A DNA stretch of 64,000 nucleotides. Source: the human T2T-CHM13v2.0 reference genome, Homo sapiens. Of this stretch, positions 12,265-29,524 are shown piece by piece. The notes under the pieces were generated by a model. The model did no database searches. It had not been told where the DNA came from and saw nothing but the letters and a program-made list of their open reading frames with translations. The stretch lies in NCBI RefSeq assembly GCF_009914755.1, contig NC_060927.1. One strand, written 5' to 3'. The position numbers were made by a program, and so were the translations under genes. Every line of letters starts with the position of its first letter. Positions within the stretch are counted from its first letter, which is position 1.

Positions 12265-12710
12265 CCCACAGCCTGACAGATCTTCTTAACCTGACCCTTG
12301 GCCACAGATGATTGGGTCCTGACCTAACCTGGGCCAAATGAAACTCTTTTCTTTGGTTTGGACTTGGCGCAGAGAGAGGCAAGTCAATCTCTCTTTAAGC
12401 ATCTCTAATAAAATTAAAATTTGTGCTCTTGATGACCCCTCGCTACTGTGTGGACCAAGAACAAAGGAAGGCAGTCAGTAGTGACAAAGCAGGATGGAAC
12501 AGATGTTGGGCACAGCTAAGAAAAACTTAGGGAATGTGCTGACCACATGTGATTCTCTATTCAGCTGATCCTGAGGCAGGGCTGCTTTCCTGTCCTTAAT
12601 TCTCTGTCCTTGGATTTGATCCTCAAATCCTTATAATAAATTCTCTTTTAGGTTGTTACTTCTGGTTTCTTTCTGTTATTTGTAAGCAAAAGGTTCTTGG
12701 CAACCATACT
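12265..12710 (+). mobile_element. LTR16-like old ERVL LTR
   Basis: GCCACAGATGATTGG...TGACCTAACCTGGGCCAAATGA and a 3' end AATAAATTCTCTTT...TTTCTGTTATTTGTAAGCAAAAGG. Confidence 0.55.
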
Positions 12711-13162
12711 AAATTGTATTTCATTGTCCATATTTTTGTTAAATAACTCTGTCTACTGGAAATGAGGCAGATGTAAATAAAATATTTATAATCAGTGCTA
12801 TATTATTTGAATATTTTATATTAATGAAGATTTCCAAGTGCTAATAAATGCCTTATAAAGATGAACCTAGGTACTTCTCAATTAAGTACATGAAAACAAA
12901 TTTTATATTGTATTGTTTACAAGGAAGAAGAAAATCATTTTGCAGTTTTGTTTTGTAGCTCAAAATTTTACTACCCCCACCTCAGGCCTTCTTCCTGTGA
13001 TTCCTCCTAATTTTTTTTCTTTCTTCTTTTACTTATTCCTCTTCATTCCAACTTCATAGATTTTCTTTCCCATTGGCCATTATAATAAAAACTATGTAAA
13101 CTTTTGACATATATACCTAATTCCTCTTCACATCTTGTTATCCAGTCTATGTTCTAACTTGG

Positions 13163-14028
13163 TGTATTAGTTATCTATGGCTACCATTTTCAAATACTGC
13201 CAACTTAATGCATTAAAACAACATAATTTATTATTAAAGTGAGTCCGAAGTCTGTTATGGATTCTGCCAGACTAAAATCAAGGTGTTGGTAAGCTCAATT
13301 CCTTTCTGGAGGCTCTAAGGGAGAGTCCGTTTCCTGTCCTTTCAGTTGGCGAAATTCAGTTCATTATGGAAATAGGACTGAAATCCCAGTTTCCTGGTAG
13401 GCTGTCAGTTGAGGAGTGTTTCCAGCTCCTAGAAGCCATCTGCATTCTTTGGCTCGTGGCCCCTTTCTTCCATCTTTAAAGCAAGCAATGATAATTGAAG
13501 TCCTTATGTCACATCTCTCTGACCCCCTCTCCTACCTTCCTCTTCTTTATTTTGAGGATGAGTGTGGTTAGATTGAGGCTGCCTGGGATCTATCTCCCCA
13601 TATCAAAATATGTTTTTTTGTTGTTTTGTTTTTGTTTTTTTGAGACATGGTCTTGCTCTGTCACCCACGCTGGAGTGCAGTGGCACGACCATAGCTCACT
13701 GCAGCCTTGGCTTTCTGGGCTCAATGGATCCTCCTGCCTCAGCCTCACAAGTAGCCAGGGCTAAAGGTGCTTACCACCATGCCTGATGAATTTTTGTATT
13801 TTTTGTAGAAACAGGGTTTTTTCATGTTACCCAGGCTGGTCTTAAATGCCCGGGTTCAAGCAATCCTCCTGGCTTAGGGATTACAGGTGTGAACCATGGC
13901 CATATCAAGGACTTTAACCTTAATTACATCTGCAAAATTCATACTGCTATGTAAAGTAGCGTATTCACAGGTTCCAGAGATTTGGGTAGAGACATCTTTG
14001 GTCAGGGGACATTATTCTGTCATACCGA
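13163..14028 (-). mobile_element. MLT1E-like MaLR LTR split by an Alu
   Basis: TGTATTAGTTATCTATGGCT...CTAAAATCAAGGTGTTGG...TTCTGGAGGCTCTAAGGGAGAGTCCGTTTCC; resumes at 13902 with TTAATTACATCTGCAAAA...ATTCACAGGTTCCAGAGATT. Confidence 0.85.
13612..13901 (-). mobile_element. AluJ SINE
   Basis: AluJ-type ATAGCTCACTGCAGCCTTG, CTGGGCTCAA..GATCCTCC; T-rich tail on left; TSD-like CATATCAA on both sides. Confidence 0.93.
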
Positions 14029-14164
14029 TAACTGAGTTTCAACCTTCTTATATGTATGGGTCATAGTGTGAATATTTTTTTCTATTTCAGCTATAGATAT
14101 GTAAGAGTCTAATTATACTCAATCATGGCAGTCTGCTACTGACAAATGCATCATTTGGCCCAAA

Positions 14165-15018
14165 AAACTGATTCTCTATCTGCCTCTCTTTCTGTATTTT
14201 CAGCAATGGTAACTGGCACTAAAATCTACCTATTTACCGAACCTAGAGATCACCCTTGGCTTCACCCTCACTGTTACTTTCTATTTGCAACTTGATAAGT
14301 CCTTTTGATTCTTCATGTACCATCTCTTTCTCACTAGTTCTTTCCCTTTCATGCTCTCTCAGTTAATATCCTCATCACCTCTCCCCAGAAATACTGAAAC
14401 ATCTATAGTTGTTACCTTGGCCTCATTTCTTTCCTATTGTTCTTTCCCATCGTTCTCTAATACATTCCCAGCTATTTTTCTTGAATGCAATTCTGGCCAC
14501 ATCTCTTTCTTCTTACATTTAATATTTTGATGGTTCTGTATAAATAGTGAGAATTATCTATGACCTGACCTCTATATGTTTATCTTCATATTCTGTGTTC
14601 TTTTTCTCATATTCTCGAGCTATTCATACCCGTCTTTTGTAGTTCTCTGTTTCACCTGTGCACATAGTGTTCCTTTGCCCTTCAAATTATTATTTTTTCC
14701 TTCTTCTCCCTTCTGGGACCCTGCCATTTGCTTGGTAAACTGCTGTTCGCTTGTTTGGACTTAACGTGAGCCTTCTCCGCATTCCTTGGCAGACTTGCTC
14801 ATGCCCTCCAAACTATCACTGTATTTTGAAGGTACCTCTTTTTGAAATTCTTACTATGGCAAAAGATATTTGACTATCTTTTTACATGTTTGACTTTTCC
14901 TTTTGGATTTTACCTCCTTGAGGTCAGTCACCATCATATTTCTTTCATCTCTGGCTACCAAAGAGCCTAGAATTGTGCCTTACACAGAGACAGCACACAA
15001 CAGTGCTGACTGAATTGA
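14165..15018 (+). mobile_element. L2 LINE 3' region
   Basis: AACCTAGAGATCACCCTTGGCTTC...CTCCTTGAGGTCAG...GAGCCTAGAATTGTGCCTTACACAGAG...TGACTGAATTGA. Confidence 0.65.
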
Positions 15019-16189
15019 CCTACCAAAAGGAAAAGATATAGAAAACAAATTCCTAAAGTACATACTTCAAATTTTTAATATAAGATCAGTGCTGGCTGGA
15101 ACACTAAAAACAAACCAAAAATTTGTTTCTAACACTAGAAGTTTAGAAATTTGAAAGAGAGAATCTATTTTTTGGATAGGCTTTACCCACCAAATGATAT
15201 CAGGTTTCCTGAAGATTTTTAAATTACTGAAGAAACAAGTTACTACCAGTAAAGGGTTTAGATACTCACAGGAATCCCATTTGGTAAGCTTGCTGCAAGA
15301 TCATTTTAATGCTTTTTCATTATATCAGTTATAATTAAACTACTTCATATATGTAATTATGTGGCATAGTAATGGAGAAAATATATAACAGAACTGTGTA
15401 AAACAAGTCATACAGATTTGTACTTCTTTAGGGCTCTGTTAGTACTTAATCTGCTGCTGGCCACCCACTGTGCTGGCCTGGAAGAAGCTGCCTTTTGATC
15501 TCTTTTATGAAATGACCTTTGAGGGCAAAAATAGATGAGAATAAACCTTAAAAGGTTTTTATAAATATTCTGTTTGGCATCATGTATCTTTCCAAAATGC
15601 CAGAATAAAACACTTAACTAAAAAGGGTAACTTAAATGTCTTAGACAAATAAGACTAAACTCATTAGTGCAGGCTGCTTATAACGTGCTCTAGTAGACAA
15701 ATTTGCCATAGAACCCCCTACAATTCCCTTGTCCAGGGGCTAGGGGCAAGCAAGTATGAAGAAACTTCCATGCTTACAATCCTGGAGCTGGTCTTTTATT
15801 ATTTTTGCATCCCTTTTGCCCTATAATCCTCAGTCTTTGCAGTCTGTGTAACCAGCCAATGCTCCCATCTGTCATTAGGAGCAACATATGTACTCAAAAG
15901 GGAGGAACAGCTCATATTAATGATGCCAACCTGCTCTGTCCTTCTTTAATCACGAAAGTCTTATTTACAGCCTATATAAAGGCTGCAGGTGAACACAGCT
16001 CATGACTACTAAATGCAATGGGTTCTGAGACTACTACAAAATATATAATTTATTAAGATTAGATATAAGAGCAAAGATTGTGATAAAATAATGTTAGATT
16101 TCTCTTGAAGAAATGATGAAAGACAGGCTGATGCCTTCTTTCAGTGTTTAAGTTTCTGAATAAGGTTAGCTGGTCATTCTCCATCACTT

Positions 16190-16290
16190 GTTTATTCATT
16201 CAGCAAATACTGATAACCCACTATGTGAGAGGTGCTAGGTGCTAGAAGTAGCTCAAGGGTCTAAAACTCTCCACACTAATGGATTTATGT
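16190..16290 (-). mobile_element. L2 3' end fragment
   Basis: TTTATTCATTCAGCAAATACTGATAACCCACTATGTG...GGTGCTAGGTGCTAG. Confidence 0.65.
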
Positions 16291-17459
16291 TTTGTATAAA
16301 TCTGGCTTCTATTTTACTCTATCATTGACCAAACTACCATCTGCCTTGGTATAAAGGACGCTACAAGATACAGTACCATCTCAGAGAAAACGATTTTTGC
16401 AGAAAGGATCAGATGGAACCCTAGCAATAATAGTTATCCCTGGTGAAATGAACAATGCAGAGAAATTGTGTTGGAATGTTTATGATGGGATGAAGAAAGC
16501 TTTGTTAGGCAAAAAGTTAACATTATGTTAAAGGGACAGTAGACATCAGAAATGTTTGAAGTCACTTTCAATTTTCTCAACAAGAAAAGGAAAAATGGTG
16601 CCATAGAAAAAGTTAATCACTCTGAATACAGAAGATAAATGGAAAGAGGAATTCTAAAGCAGAATGTAGATCTATGAATATAATTAAGAAATTTAATACC
16701 TGAGCTAAGAAAGATAACAGCAACAACAAGAAAAGTCATACACACACACATACCACCCCCAACCTTCCCTACCCTGTCTTTCTCTCTCTCTCTCTTAAGA
16801 GAAATATGCCAGGGAGGAAAGCTAATGTAATTAAAGAAATGAACAACTGATTAGAATGAAGAAGAAATAAAAATGGAGAGCACCAGTGAGGAGTATGAGA
16901 AAATAAACCTTACTATCATAGAAGAAGGAAATTTGAAGAAAGTCTATTTAAAATGTATTCTATGTTTTGGCTAACTTCTGAAACATTACCTTAATAAGTA
17001 TATAAAATTTTAGAAATGGCTAAAATGTTATGAATTCAAATCTGTAATAACATTTAAAGTTCTGAAAAAAGAAAATAATTACTTATTATTTTTAATCTGC
17101 TGTTAATAAAAATGGCACAAATATGTCATCATAAATTTATTTATTTTTAAAATTATGGACATTTATTGTCTATTAAATGTCAAAGAACTTATTGACATGA
17201 CTTCTGATAATAATCTATGATATCACTATTCTTTTATATGTATTTCATATACTTGAGTAATTTATGTCACTTAGAAAAGTTAAAAATGTATCTAGGCTTT
17301 AATTTTGTGTAACAGTAAGCATATGTTTCTACAGATGAATGAAATCAGACTGTAAGCATTTATTTATTCAATGTGTTTAATGGGTAGAAAGGAAGTATAT
17401 TAGAATGTAAAAAAAGAAATCAGTATAGGCTATTTACTGCTTATACTATTTTACAGCAA

Positions 17460-18170
17460 CAGCTATTGATAGTCTTTCAGTGTATATTCCTTATTCATAT
17501 TCTTTTTTTTAAATGAATGAACATATTTATAAAATTGCACTCTAAAAAAACCACTGTACAATGTATGTTGTCTGGTAATTTACTTTTCTATTTGGTATGT
17601 TATGAACATCTTTCAACATTAGCAAATAATGATTGAATATATTCTATACTTTTAAATATATCATAATTTACTAAAGTATTGATGAGCATTATATTGTTAC
17701 CAATTTTCTTCTCTCTAATCTACATCTTCTATATACATCCCTATATATGTATATACATCGTTAGGCATGTTGGGTCAATATCATGCATGTTTAAGATTTT
17801 AAATATTGCTCAAAGTTGCTAAAAAGATGATGCTAATTTATGAGCTTACAATCGATATAGAAGAATTTTATTTTTGTAAACTTTGGACAATAATATTTAT
17901 TTCCATTATTTGTAATCTTTATCAACCTGATTTGAACAAAATGACATTTTGCATTAAAATTTCAAATTTGCATTTTTCACTAGTGGAGCGGTTAAACATT
18001 TTTCACATATTGATAGGCCTATTACATTTTTTCTTTTGCATGGTCTTTTCAATTCTATCCCCCTTTTCCTTTTTTATTGAGCTGTTTGCCTAGGTTTTTT
18101 TTACCTGCAAGAACCTTTACATATTAGGAATTTTGTCTTTAATATATTTCAAATGTCTTCCCCTAGTTCA
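17460..18170 (-). mobile_element. Old L1M (L1ME-like) fragment
   Basis: T-rich strand with ATTGATGAGCATT, TTGGGTCAA, ATTTGCATTTTTCACTAGTGG...AACATTTTTCACATATT, typical of antisense L1 ORF2 end/3'UTR. Confidence 0.6.
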
Positions 18171-21100
18171 GAAAAGAACAATTAAAATTTTTTGTTTCTT
18201 CATTAACAAAATAAGTCTAAGCACAGGATAATAAGGAAATTCTTATTTTTTACTTTAAGTGAAAGTAAAAGAAAATGATGTTGGGGTAGCTGTTTCTGCA
18301 TTTTTTTTAAATAAATTTCTATAATAATTTGAGTTAATTTATTATTTCTAAGATACATTACCCACTAGAGGAGGTTTAAAGTGCAGTATTAATTACTTCT
18401 GCCATTATTAAAAAATAAACTGTTTAAAATATTGACTATTTTAGAAGAATTATTGAAATAAGAGATGTAACAGAAATGACTGAAATTTAACCTTTGAAAA
18501 ACTTAATTTTTAACTTCCTATTGTACCCTGTCTGATCTTGGATACAGAAAGAAAACCTTGATCCTTAGAGAGCTACCCACAAGTGGAAATGGCTACCAGT
18601 TATCCTTTCCCCAGAACACCCATAATGCATATCAATCAGATCATTGACATCTGTGTGATTCCTATGCAAGATTTTGTTTTACTTCTTTCAATGAATTGAG
18701 TCTTTTTACTCTGTTTTTATTTGCTGACAGTAGAAAATATGTCTACACTTAATTCACACAATGAATAGGGTGGGAAATTAATTCTATGGGGACTAAGATT
18801 GTTTGGTTTGTCATGAGACATACTCGACATTTACAGCTTTTTCCCTTTTGTGCTATTGGAGTACACTGTTAGATGATTGTGCCATAAATCCAAAAGCGTG
18901 TTTTACAAAGTTCATATCTGCTTTTGCTACCTTTAATATTAATAGGAGTGTATCTTTAAAGTGAGTAAATTGAGAAAGTGGCTGAAACTATAGTTTATAA
19001 TAGAAGATTAGTGGGTTTAATATGCACTGGAGAGTAAAAGAAAAATCTTATTACTGTGTGGAGAAATTACCTCATAAAGAAGCTAATACAGCAGGCTGGG
19101 GAATAATTTTTAACAAGGTTTTTATGATGCGCAAGTGTAGGCAAGTTAATGAACTTATCTTTCTAGTTATTTTCAGATTGTAACGATGCCTTTCTTTTCT
19201 GGTTCTTGTGCTTTAAAAAGTAAAATACATTTAATCACCTACAATAAAACTAATTTATTACTTTAATAAATCAAGTACAATCTTATACTGTACACTTAAA
19301 TGTTGTTGCAATAATGCTGGAAACCAAATCAGGTACTAATGTTTAGCATGGATCAGAGCAAAAGGTAACCATGGAGCTTATTTATTATTTAAATTAAAGC
19401 ATCTCATTTTGACAGTGCATAGTCATTTTGGGAAGATTTGACTCCCTTTTCAGCTATTGGATGCAGGAAGTGAAGACAAAGGAATGAGAAAATACTTAAT
19501 TTTCATAATCACACGCTTTTTTACAGCATGAACATGTAGTCTTTGAAATTCACATAAAAATGCTGAAAAATTGTACATTCTACAGCAAAAATAATTTGGG
19601 GGAAGCTAGTAAATCCAGAATGCCCATCTGCCAGCATCTTGTTTGGAATAGTTAGGGATTATTTAGGAAAAGCATGTCTGCATTTTTCTCCTCAAAGACA
19701 AAAGACAAACTGCTGAAACATCATACTAATTGCTGAGATACTTTCTATACTGAAAATGTGATGATTTATTAAGAAAAAGTGAGGGAAAAAGTAAATGGAT
19801 AAAGAAGTAATGTGAAAAGTAAATCCCACTATAAACCTAATCTAAATTGTATTTATAACAGAGTCACCACTCACCACTTCAAACTGTAATATGTTTGTAA
19901 TACGTAAGGTACAAACATACATGTGTACACACATTCCCCCACACCTTCAACCCCTCCCCATACACAATAACTTATTTTAATCTTAACTTTTCTTCAATCT
20001 TGGAATACCAAAAAAAATTTGAATTAGAGTGGTCAGTGTAAGATTGTACATATATGCCATCTTAGAACCAGTACGAGACTTAGATAAACTTGTAAGGTAG
20101 GTGCCCACTGTCTCCTGATTTTATCAACCTGACCACACAGCCTTTCACAGCCCCGTTTAGTGTCCAAATTGGCCTGCAGCTAAACAATAATTGGTCAAGG
20201 TCCATTGATGTATTATCTATGCTGAATGTTAGTCTGTCTGTTGGACTCTTCTTACCTTCTTTTACCCTCTACCTGTCTCCAAATCAATACTTTACAGTGT
20301 TACAGTACTCCCTTGGCACCTTCTTTGCTAAATCACAGTAGGTCAAAGTGAGTTTAAGTAATTCATGTTAAAGTGCTAACTAGCTGATAGAATACCATTT
20401 GCAGATGGTAAAATGCCTATTTCTTCATGCACTCTTGTATGATGCTGATCATAGTAAAATTCAGGCATGGTGGAAGTCTCGTGAAGAAGGTACTATATTT
20501 TCCTCATTGTTATTTTAGGTGTCTTTCAATTACTCCATACAAGTAGTGGCCTACTCTGAGTTTCCATGAGGTTGACATTGCCTGATAATTGATGTTAGAT
20601 AATGATAAAGTACACTCATATTTGAAAAAAGGTGTTTGCTCCACACAAAGTAATTTACAAAATACTTTGTATAATTGAATATATATTGCTAATATGCATT
20701 GCATGTACATATGCATGAAATAAACATAAGGAGAACAAAAATAAACATATTTATTAAATCTAAGAATTCACTGTATGTTTTGTGCCTAGGAGTTGGTTCC
20801 TGAGTTGCCGAAATTAGATCTCTTAATAACATCCAAATAATGGCAACCCTACCAACCAAGTTTTCAAAGGTAATAAAGTAGTACAAGGGTAAAATTTCTT
20901 TATTTCAAAATATTTTTCTTATGCTGAAGTAAGTACACGTTGGTATGTTTTTCCATATTGAGGGATTTGATTCCCAAAGCAATTTTTGGTTGTTGAAGAG
21001 TTTGGTAGATTATATGTTTCTCCTCCTATAGACTTGGCAGATCATTTATTGGTGGGGAAATTGTCAAAACCACCCAGAAGGAAGTCTAAAAGGCTTAATC

Positions 21101-21699
21101 TCTCTCTGAAGATATGGTTGTATTATAGGATAGGATCTCACAGTCATCATTGAACTGAGATGTTCCTATGTAGTGCCTATCTTTATGCTGTAAATCATTC
21201 ATCTTGTCTTTTTGTTTCCCAAGTTACCCCCTGCCAAATCTTCAAGAGTATTGTTGTTCTTGTTCTTGTGTTTTAAGGAAAAGAGCACCTCTGGAATGTT
21301 CTCCTGAGCCAATGTCGGAAAACTCATCCTAGGAGATAAGATGTGTACAATAAGACACTGAGAAGAAAGCAGGCAGGACATTGAAGAGTTGGTAGATGTT
21401 TGCTCCAGACCTAAGCATCAGTGCATTGAAAATGGAGTTGATCATTGTGGGTTTGGCAGTGAGGGTAGGGCCAAGATACATATTGGCCTGAATAGGTGAG
21501 GGCACTAGGTAGTGAGATTTAATAGAGACATTCTGGAGCCAGGCCAGCTAGGAGGAACTGTCTAAAGCCTCCCTAAATCAGAGAGGTGACAACTTGGCAG
21601 ATACCCAAATGCCTAATGCAACAATGGAACCAACTCAGTAAAAATATTATTTTTATATAAAATAATAACTTTCATTGATTTTTTTTCTTAATACAAGAT

Positions 21700-22090
21700 A
21701 AATTAATTCCCTGATTTGGGGTGTTTAGGCTTTTAAATTTTTTCTTCTATTTCTTCTCTTTTTCTACTTCCTTTCTCCCTCCTTCCTTCCTTCCTTCCTT
21801 CTTTTCTTCTTTCCCTTTTGCCTTCTTTCCTTTTTCTTTCTTCCTTCCTTTCTTTTTCTTTCTGATTATAAGCAGTATCACAATTGCTGCCTAGGATAAG
21901 TTCTAGAAATAGAACTGTTGGATCAAATATATTAAAAAATCAGAGGCATTTAAAAGTATTTTCAAAAGTGTCCTTCATAAAAATTTCACCATTTTACCTT
22001 TTCTTCAGCAATACATGACTTCCTATTTCTCCATCCCCTTACCTACAGTGAATATTATCATTTAACAGTACTTTAGGGAATTTGATAGAA
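21700..22090 (-). mobile_element. Old L1M fragment with embedded CT-rich simple repeat (21740-21862)
   Basis: CTAGGATAAGTTCTAGAAATAGAACTGTTGGATCAAA...CCATTTTACCTTTTCTTCAGCAATACATGA...TTCCTATTTCTCCA. Confidence 0.6.
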
Positions 22091-22253
22091 ATAAGCTTTG
22101 TATGTGGAATAGTACTCATCAAAACTCAGTATCTCCTAGAAAATGGACTAGAACTTCCTATGATAAGTTACAAGATGAGCAATGCTTTCTCTAAATTATA
22201 ATTTTATATTCTACATTGTTGAATTATCCCTTAATACCAGGACAGTTGATTGA

Positions 22254-22985
<732 letters not shown>

Positions 22986-24674
22986 AAGATTTCTTATTTC
23001 TTAATGTGACCAAAAAATCTCAATATGATCATTTTATTGTGCTGGTTCCCTAGTTGTTAAAAAATTCCTAATCTATGAATATATTCTGGCCTTACAACTA
23101 ACTGATTTGTTTCAGAAATTTCTTTTTTATTTATGTCCTTTCCTAGTACAAGAGAATAATCAGTGACCTTCAGACATTTTGTTGTCCTTATTTTTCTTGA
23201 TAATGTTCTATAGGCAGACAATTTAAAAGTTGGTCACAAGTGCAACTGGGTGTAAGGTATGTGGTCAGCTATGTTATCATTAGTGATTGTTCACAAAGAA
23301 AGCAAATATCTCAGAAGTAGTCTGCTTGTAATAATGACATTCAGGGCCAAACTGCATGGATGTGTGTATGTATATGTGTATTTCTTCTGGGAATAGAGGT
23401 GAGACAATAGTAACTAAATGTGAATAAATGATTGTGTAAATGAAAGATTAATCATGATGTATTTTTTTCCCTTGAAAAATAGTGTATGCTATTACTTTAT
23501 TTGTGATATTAGAAAATATATTAAGCAAAATCTCATCTATGGTATTTTTCCATTCTTTGGAAATATAACTTTAGAGATTCCATAACTTCATCAACTAGTC
23601 CTGTTTAACAAATATACCATAATGTCCTATGCTTCTCCAGCTCTACAAAGTCCATACCCTTCTTTAGTCCCTTTTTGGCCAAAAGCTCTTAAGAGCCTGC
23701 TGAACATATTGGCTCATGAACGTGTGGTATATGTTACATATCTTGTTTTCATTAGTGTATTCCACATGCCCCTGGTCCATCTTATGAAATAGTTTTCTTT
23801 ATTTACTCCATTTGTTTCTCTGTCCTACTGTTCTGCCATTCTCTTTCATATTATTTACCACTAAGAATATTTAATATAAATGTTTTGCATTCATGAATTT
23901 GTTTTACAGATAAATAATGATGTATTCAATATATTTCAGGACCACAGAGGGCTAATCTCTGCTAAACCATATGTTATAAATATTTTAACTTAAAATACAG
24001 GCTTTAAAGACAAGAATGCAGTGGGGAAACAGTCTAAAATTGGTTACTCATATAGACATCAAGTAGTCTCACACATTCTCATTTGCTATTAGCTGTTTGT
24101 TATTTCAAAAAACCTTTTACATGGATAATCAACCATGTAAAAATTACAAAGCACTTTACAAATCCATTTATTAAAGCAGATTGGCCTAGAGTGTCTCTGG
24201 ACAGAAGGCAAATGGAGGGTGGATGTATTCATACACAAAAATGGAGACACTGAGCCCCTGAGTGTAATACAGACTGGAGCACACCTTTTATCTGATAAAT
24301 GAATGAGTTATGCTAATCTAAGTGCCCTCCTGATTCATTATCAGGCCCACAACATAATACAGTCTCTTCAGATGTACAGGGACTAAACACTCTCCCACCA
24401 TACCCTTCCTAAAATCAGAGGTTTATTTGTAATTAGGGCCGAGAATCACTCAGCCAGAGCTGTCAGCCTCCACGGTCACTGACTGGAGCAGTTTCCCAAG
24501 CAGCTTTCAACACTGCTGCGAAATGTGTCAGTGACGATGCAGCTGGGGAGACTTCACACACGGGCCAGGCTGGCCTTGCCTAGCTCAAGACCAGTCACAT
24601 GAGTGTGTTTCCGTTTCTGGGTTTGGCTCCTAACACCAAGGGATACCTATTCCTTTTCTACTATTTGTGGGTGA

Positions 24675-24855
24675 CAGTATGATACAGAAAGATTTTTGGC
24701 CTAGGAATTAGATGGGACTCAGAGCAGCCATGAACTAAAGGCAACTCACTTCATTCTCATTTTCTACAATAGCTAAATAGACAATATTCTGTATCTTACC
24801 TTAACTATAAGGTTATTGTGGGGATAAAATTAGATGATGAGCATAAAAATATTTC
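24675..24855 (+). mobile_element. MIR/MIR3 relic
   Basis: GGCAACTCACTT...CTTACCTTAACTATAAGGTTATTGTGGGGATAAAATTAGATGATG. Confidence 0.6.
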
Positions 24856-25938
24856 ACTGGTTTAGCTGTTATTCAGCTTTGTTATCTATTTACATTTTTC
24901 AGCAATAAACATGCATTACTTTTTTAATGTAAAAGAACCAACACATTCTATTTTTGAAAAAGCTGTACCTACATGGGGTAAGAAAATGTTCTAGAGAGTG
25001 TTTGCTGGCAAATCAAAAAAGCAATAATTAATAGCAGTGGAAAAGGGCAACTTGGTTACAAATATGTGTAGAGTAGTACCCCAGCATGAAGTAAGTTTAT
25101 TTTTAAAGGGTTGAGAAATAAATCTGTGCCAACATATACTTTTGAATCCTGACCACACTGTCAAAACAATCTAATATAATAGTGCGTTTGCCATTATTCA
25201 GATGCTTGTATTGTCTCCCCACCTCAGTGTTATTTAGGAATCAACTGCAGCAATGGGACAATTAGGCATTTGAGAGGCTAAGGAAAAGCTTCAACAAGGT
25301 CTTCTTTTGAGATGATGAACTCTTTACCAGTAGCGTAACATGATCCTGGCACATTTAGGTCTTCTTGCATTATTCTTGTTTTGGCCAGTAAAAAATGAAA
25401 GAACAGAAAATAAGAGCTGTCTCTTCTTCTAATAACTTGCTTTCCAGCCCTACAAATAGTTAATCCCTTCATTAGTTGATCTCCAGCCTTTTCCTGGGCA
25501 TGATAGCACCAGTTCTTTCCTTAAATTGTCCATGACATAGTTTATTTGCATATTTTGCTTTCTCTACACTCTAAACATTTCTAAAATCACAGTGCTATCT
25601 CATCTGGAAATGGCATCTTCTTATTAGTAGGGTATAGACACTTGAAAATAATTACCTGCATATCTATATTTCTTACAGAAATTACAGGAAACTAGTGGCT
25701 GCTAGAATGCATATATAGGAGAAGAAAGAACCTGTCATCCTCTGGCCAAATGATGAACCTATTTAAGTGACATGTTGGTTACATTTCTAATGATGTGTTA
25801 AATTGGCCTTAGGTAACCAGGTCATAAGGTTAGTAGAGAGCAATATTAGTAAGGGAAGAGTTTTGAATCTCCTGAAGTGATAATTTCCTTCTTTCCCTTT
25901 AAAGGAAGCCAAAAAAGGCACATATATCAACTGTGCAA

Positions 25939-28347
<2,409 letters not shown>

Positions 28348-29496
28348 TTACATTTTCACTTCAAGATTTACCTCAAATTCTGTTCATTTATGAACTTAAA
28401 ACTACCATAGTTCTTAATGACATTAGAATAAACAAAACACATTTTCTTTCATAGAGCCTTATAATTTTTCCTTCTGGAAAGTAAATGGAGAGATGGATAT
28501 CACTTTCCCTTGAGACACAGGGAAAAATTTAATTTGGGAGTAAAATAATGAGAGCAATCCCACAAGTAATGCAGGTAAATACATTTTACTACTTAAAGGT
28601 CACCTTGAATTTTAGGTAATGACAGACGATATGTTCATTTCCCAGTCTTCAAATCAAGATACCCGGCACCAAACCTGAAATTTACTAGGAGTCTTGAAAC
28701 AAAATACCTGCTCCCATTTCCTGCAATTCTCATATGTTTTCTCCTATTTGAACCCTGATTCAAAACATCAGCAAAATTTCTGATTTATGTTTTATCTTCT
28801 CTCCACAACCAGTTAGTTATTAAATAATCTTGAATTTTCTTTTGAAATGTGTTGATATTTATTCTGTATCCTTCACTGGCATTGACATGTCACTGTAGAC
28901 TAAACCCTTCTCATTTCAACTGTTAATTAACTGAAGTATTCTATTTGATTAAACATAAATAATAATCAATAGAATATTTAACAAATATTCTATTTATTAA
29001 ACCACATGATGGTAGATAGACTATTGCTCTATCATGGATTAAAAATAGCAAACATCACAAACCATAAAAAATAATGTAATTGTGACAGAAAAGCTGAAGC
29101 AAATGGAAATCTTTCAAAATAAAACTACTTATTTCAGCAACTGCAATGTTTTCAAATATATTAATAGGAGAGCTTACAAAACTCAGATTGATCTTTTCAT
29201 AGTAGTCCAGAAAGTAGTACTTGCAGGCACTTTCCATGTCAATTATGATAAATTTTGTGGTCAATTGGTATCAATTTGGGCCTGTAGAGTATTGATTATT
29301 TAATACATTTTATTTGTTATAAATATCAATACTACTAATGTTACTACTAACAATATAGTTTTATTTTGTGGAGCCTGTAATTCGGTTTTAGTTAATCCAT
29401 CATCTTTTTCCATACTGCCTAGTGCTGCCATTTTACCATTAGAGTAGAAGTGTCCAAAGTGTTTGCATGAATTTGAAGGAGGTGTAGTGTTTAGGG

Positions 29497-29524
29497 GTGT
29501 GTGTGAGTGTGTGTGTGTGTGTGT
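29497..29524. repeat. (TG)n microsatellite with one interruption
   Basis: GTGTGTGTGAGTGTGTGTGTGTGTGTGT. Confidence 0.9.

Noticed and set aside
16380-16950. A/G-skewed segment resembling an ancient LINE coding relic
   Set aside because: Could not assign a family or a reading frame by eye.
19260-19770. TGATTTAT and TGACAG motifs
   Set aside because: Widely spaced in very AT-rich DNA; compatible with chance.
21199-21381. Minus-strand exon-like segment (CCTAG|GATGAG...GGG|GTAACT)
   Set aside because: No recognisable peptide; context looks like degraded repeat.
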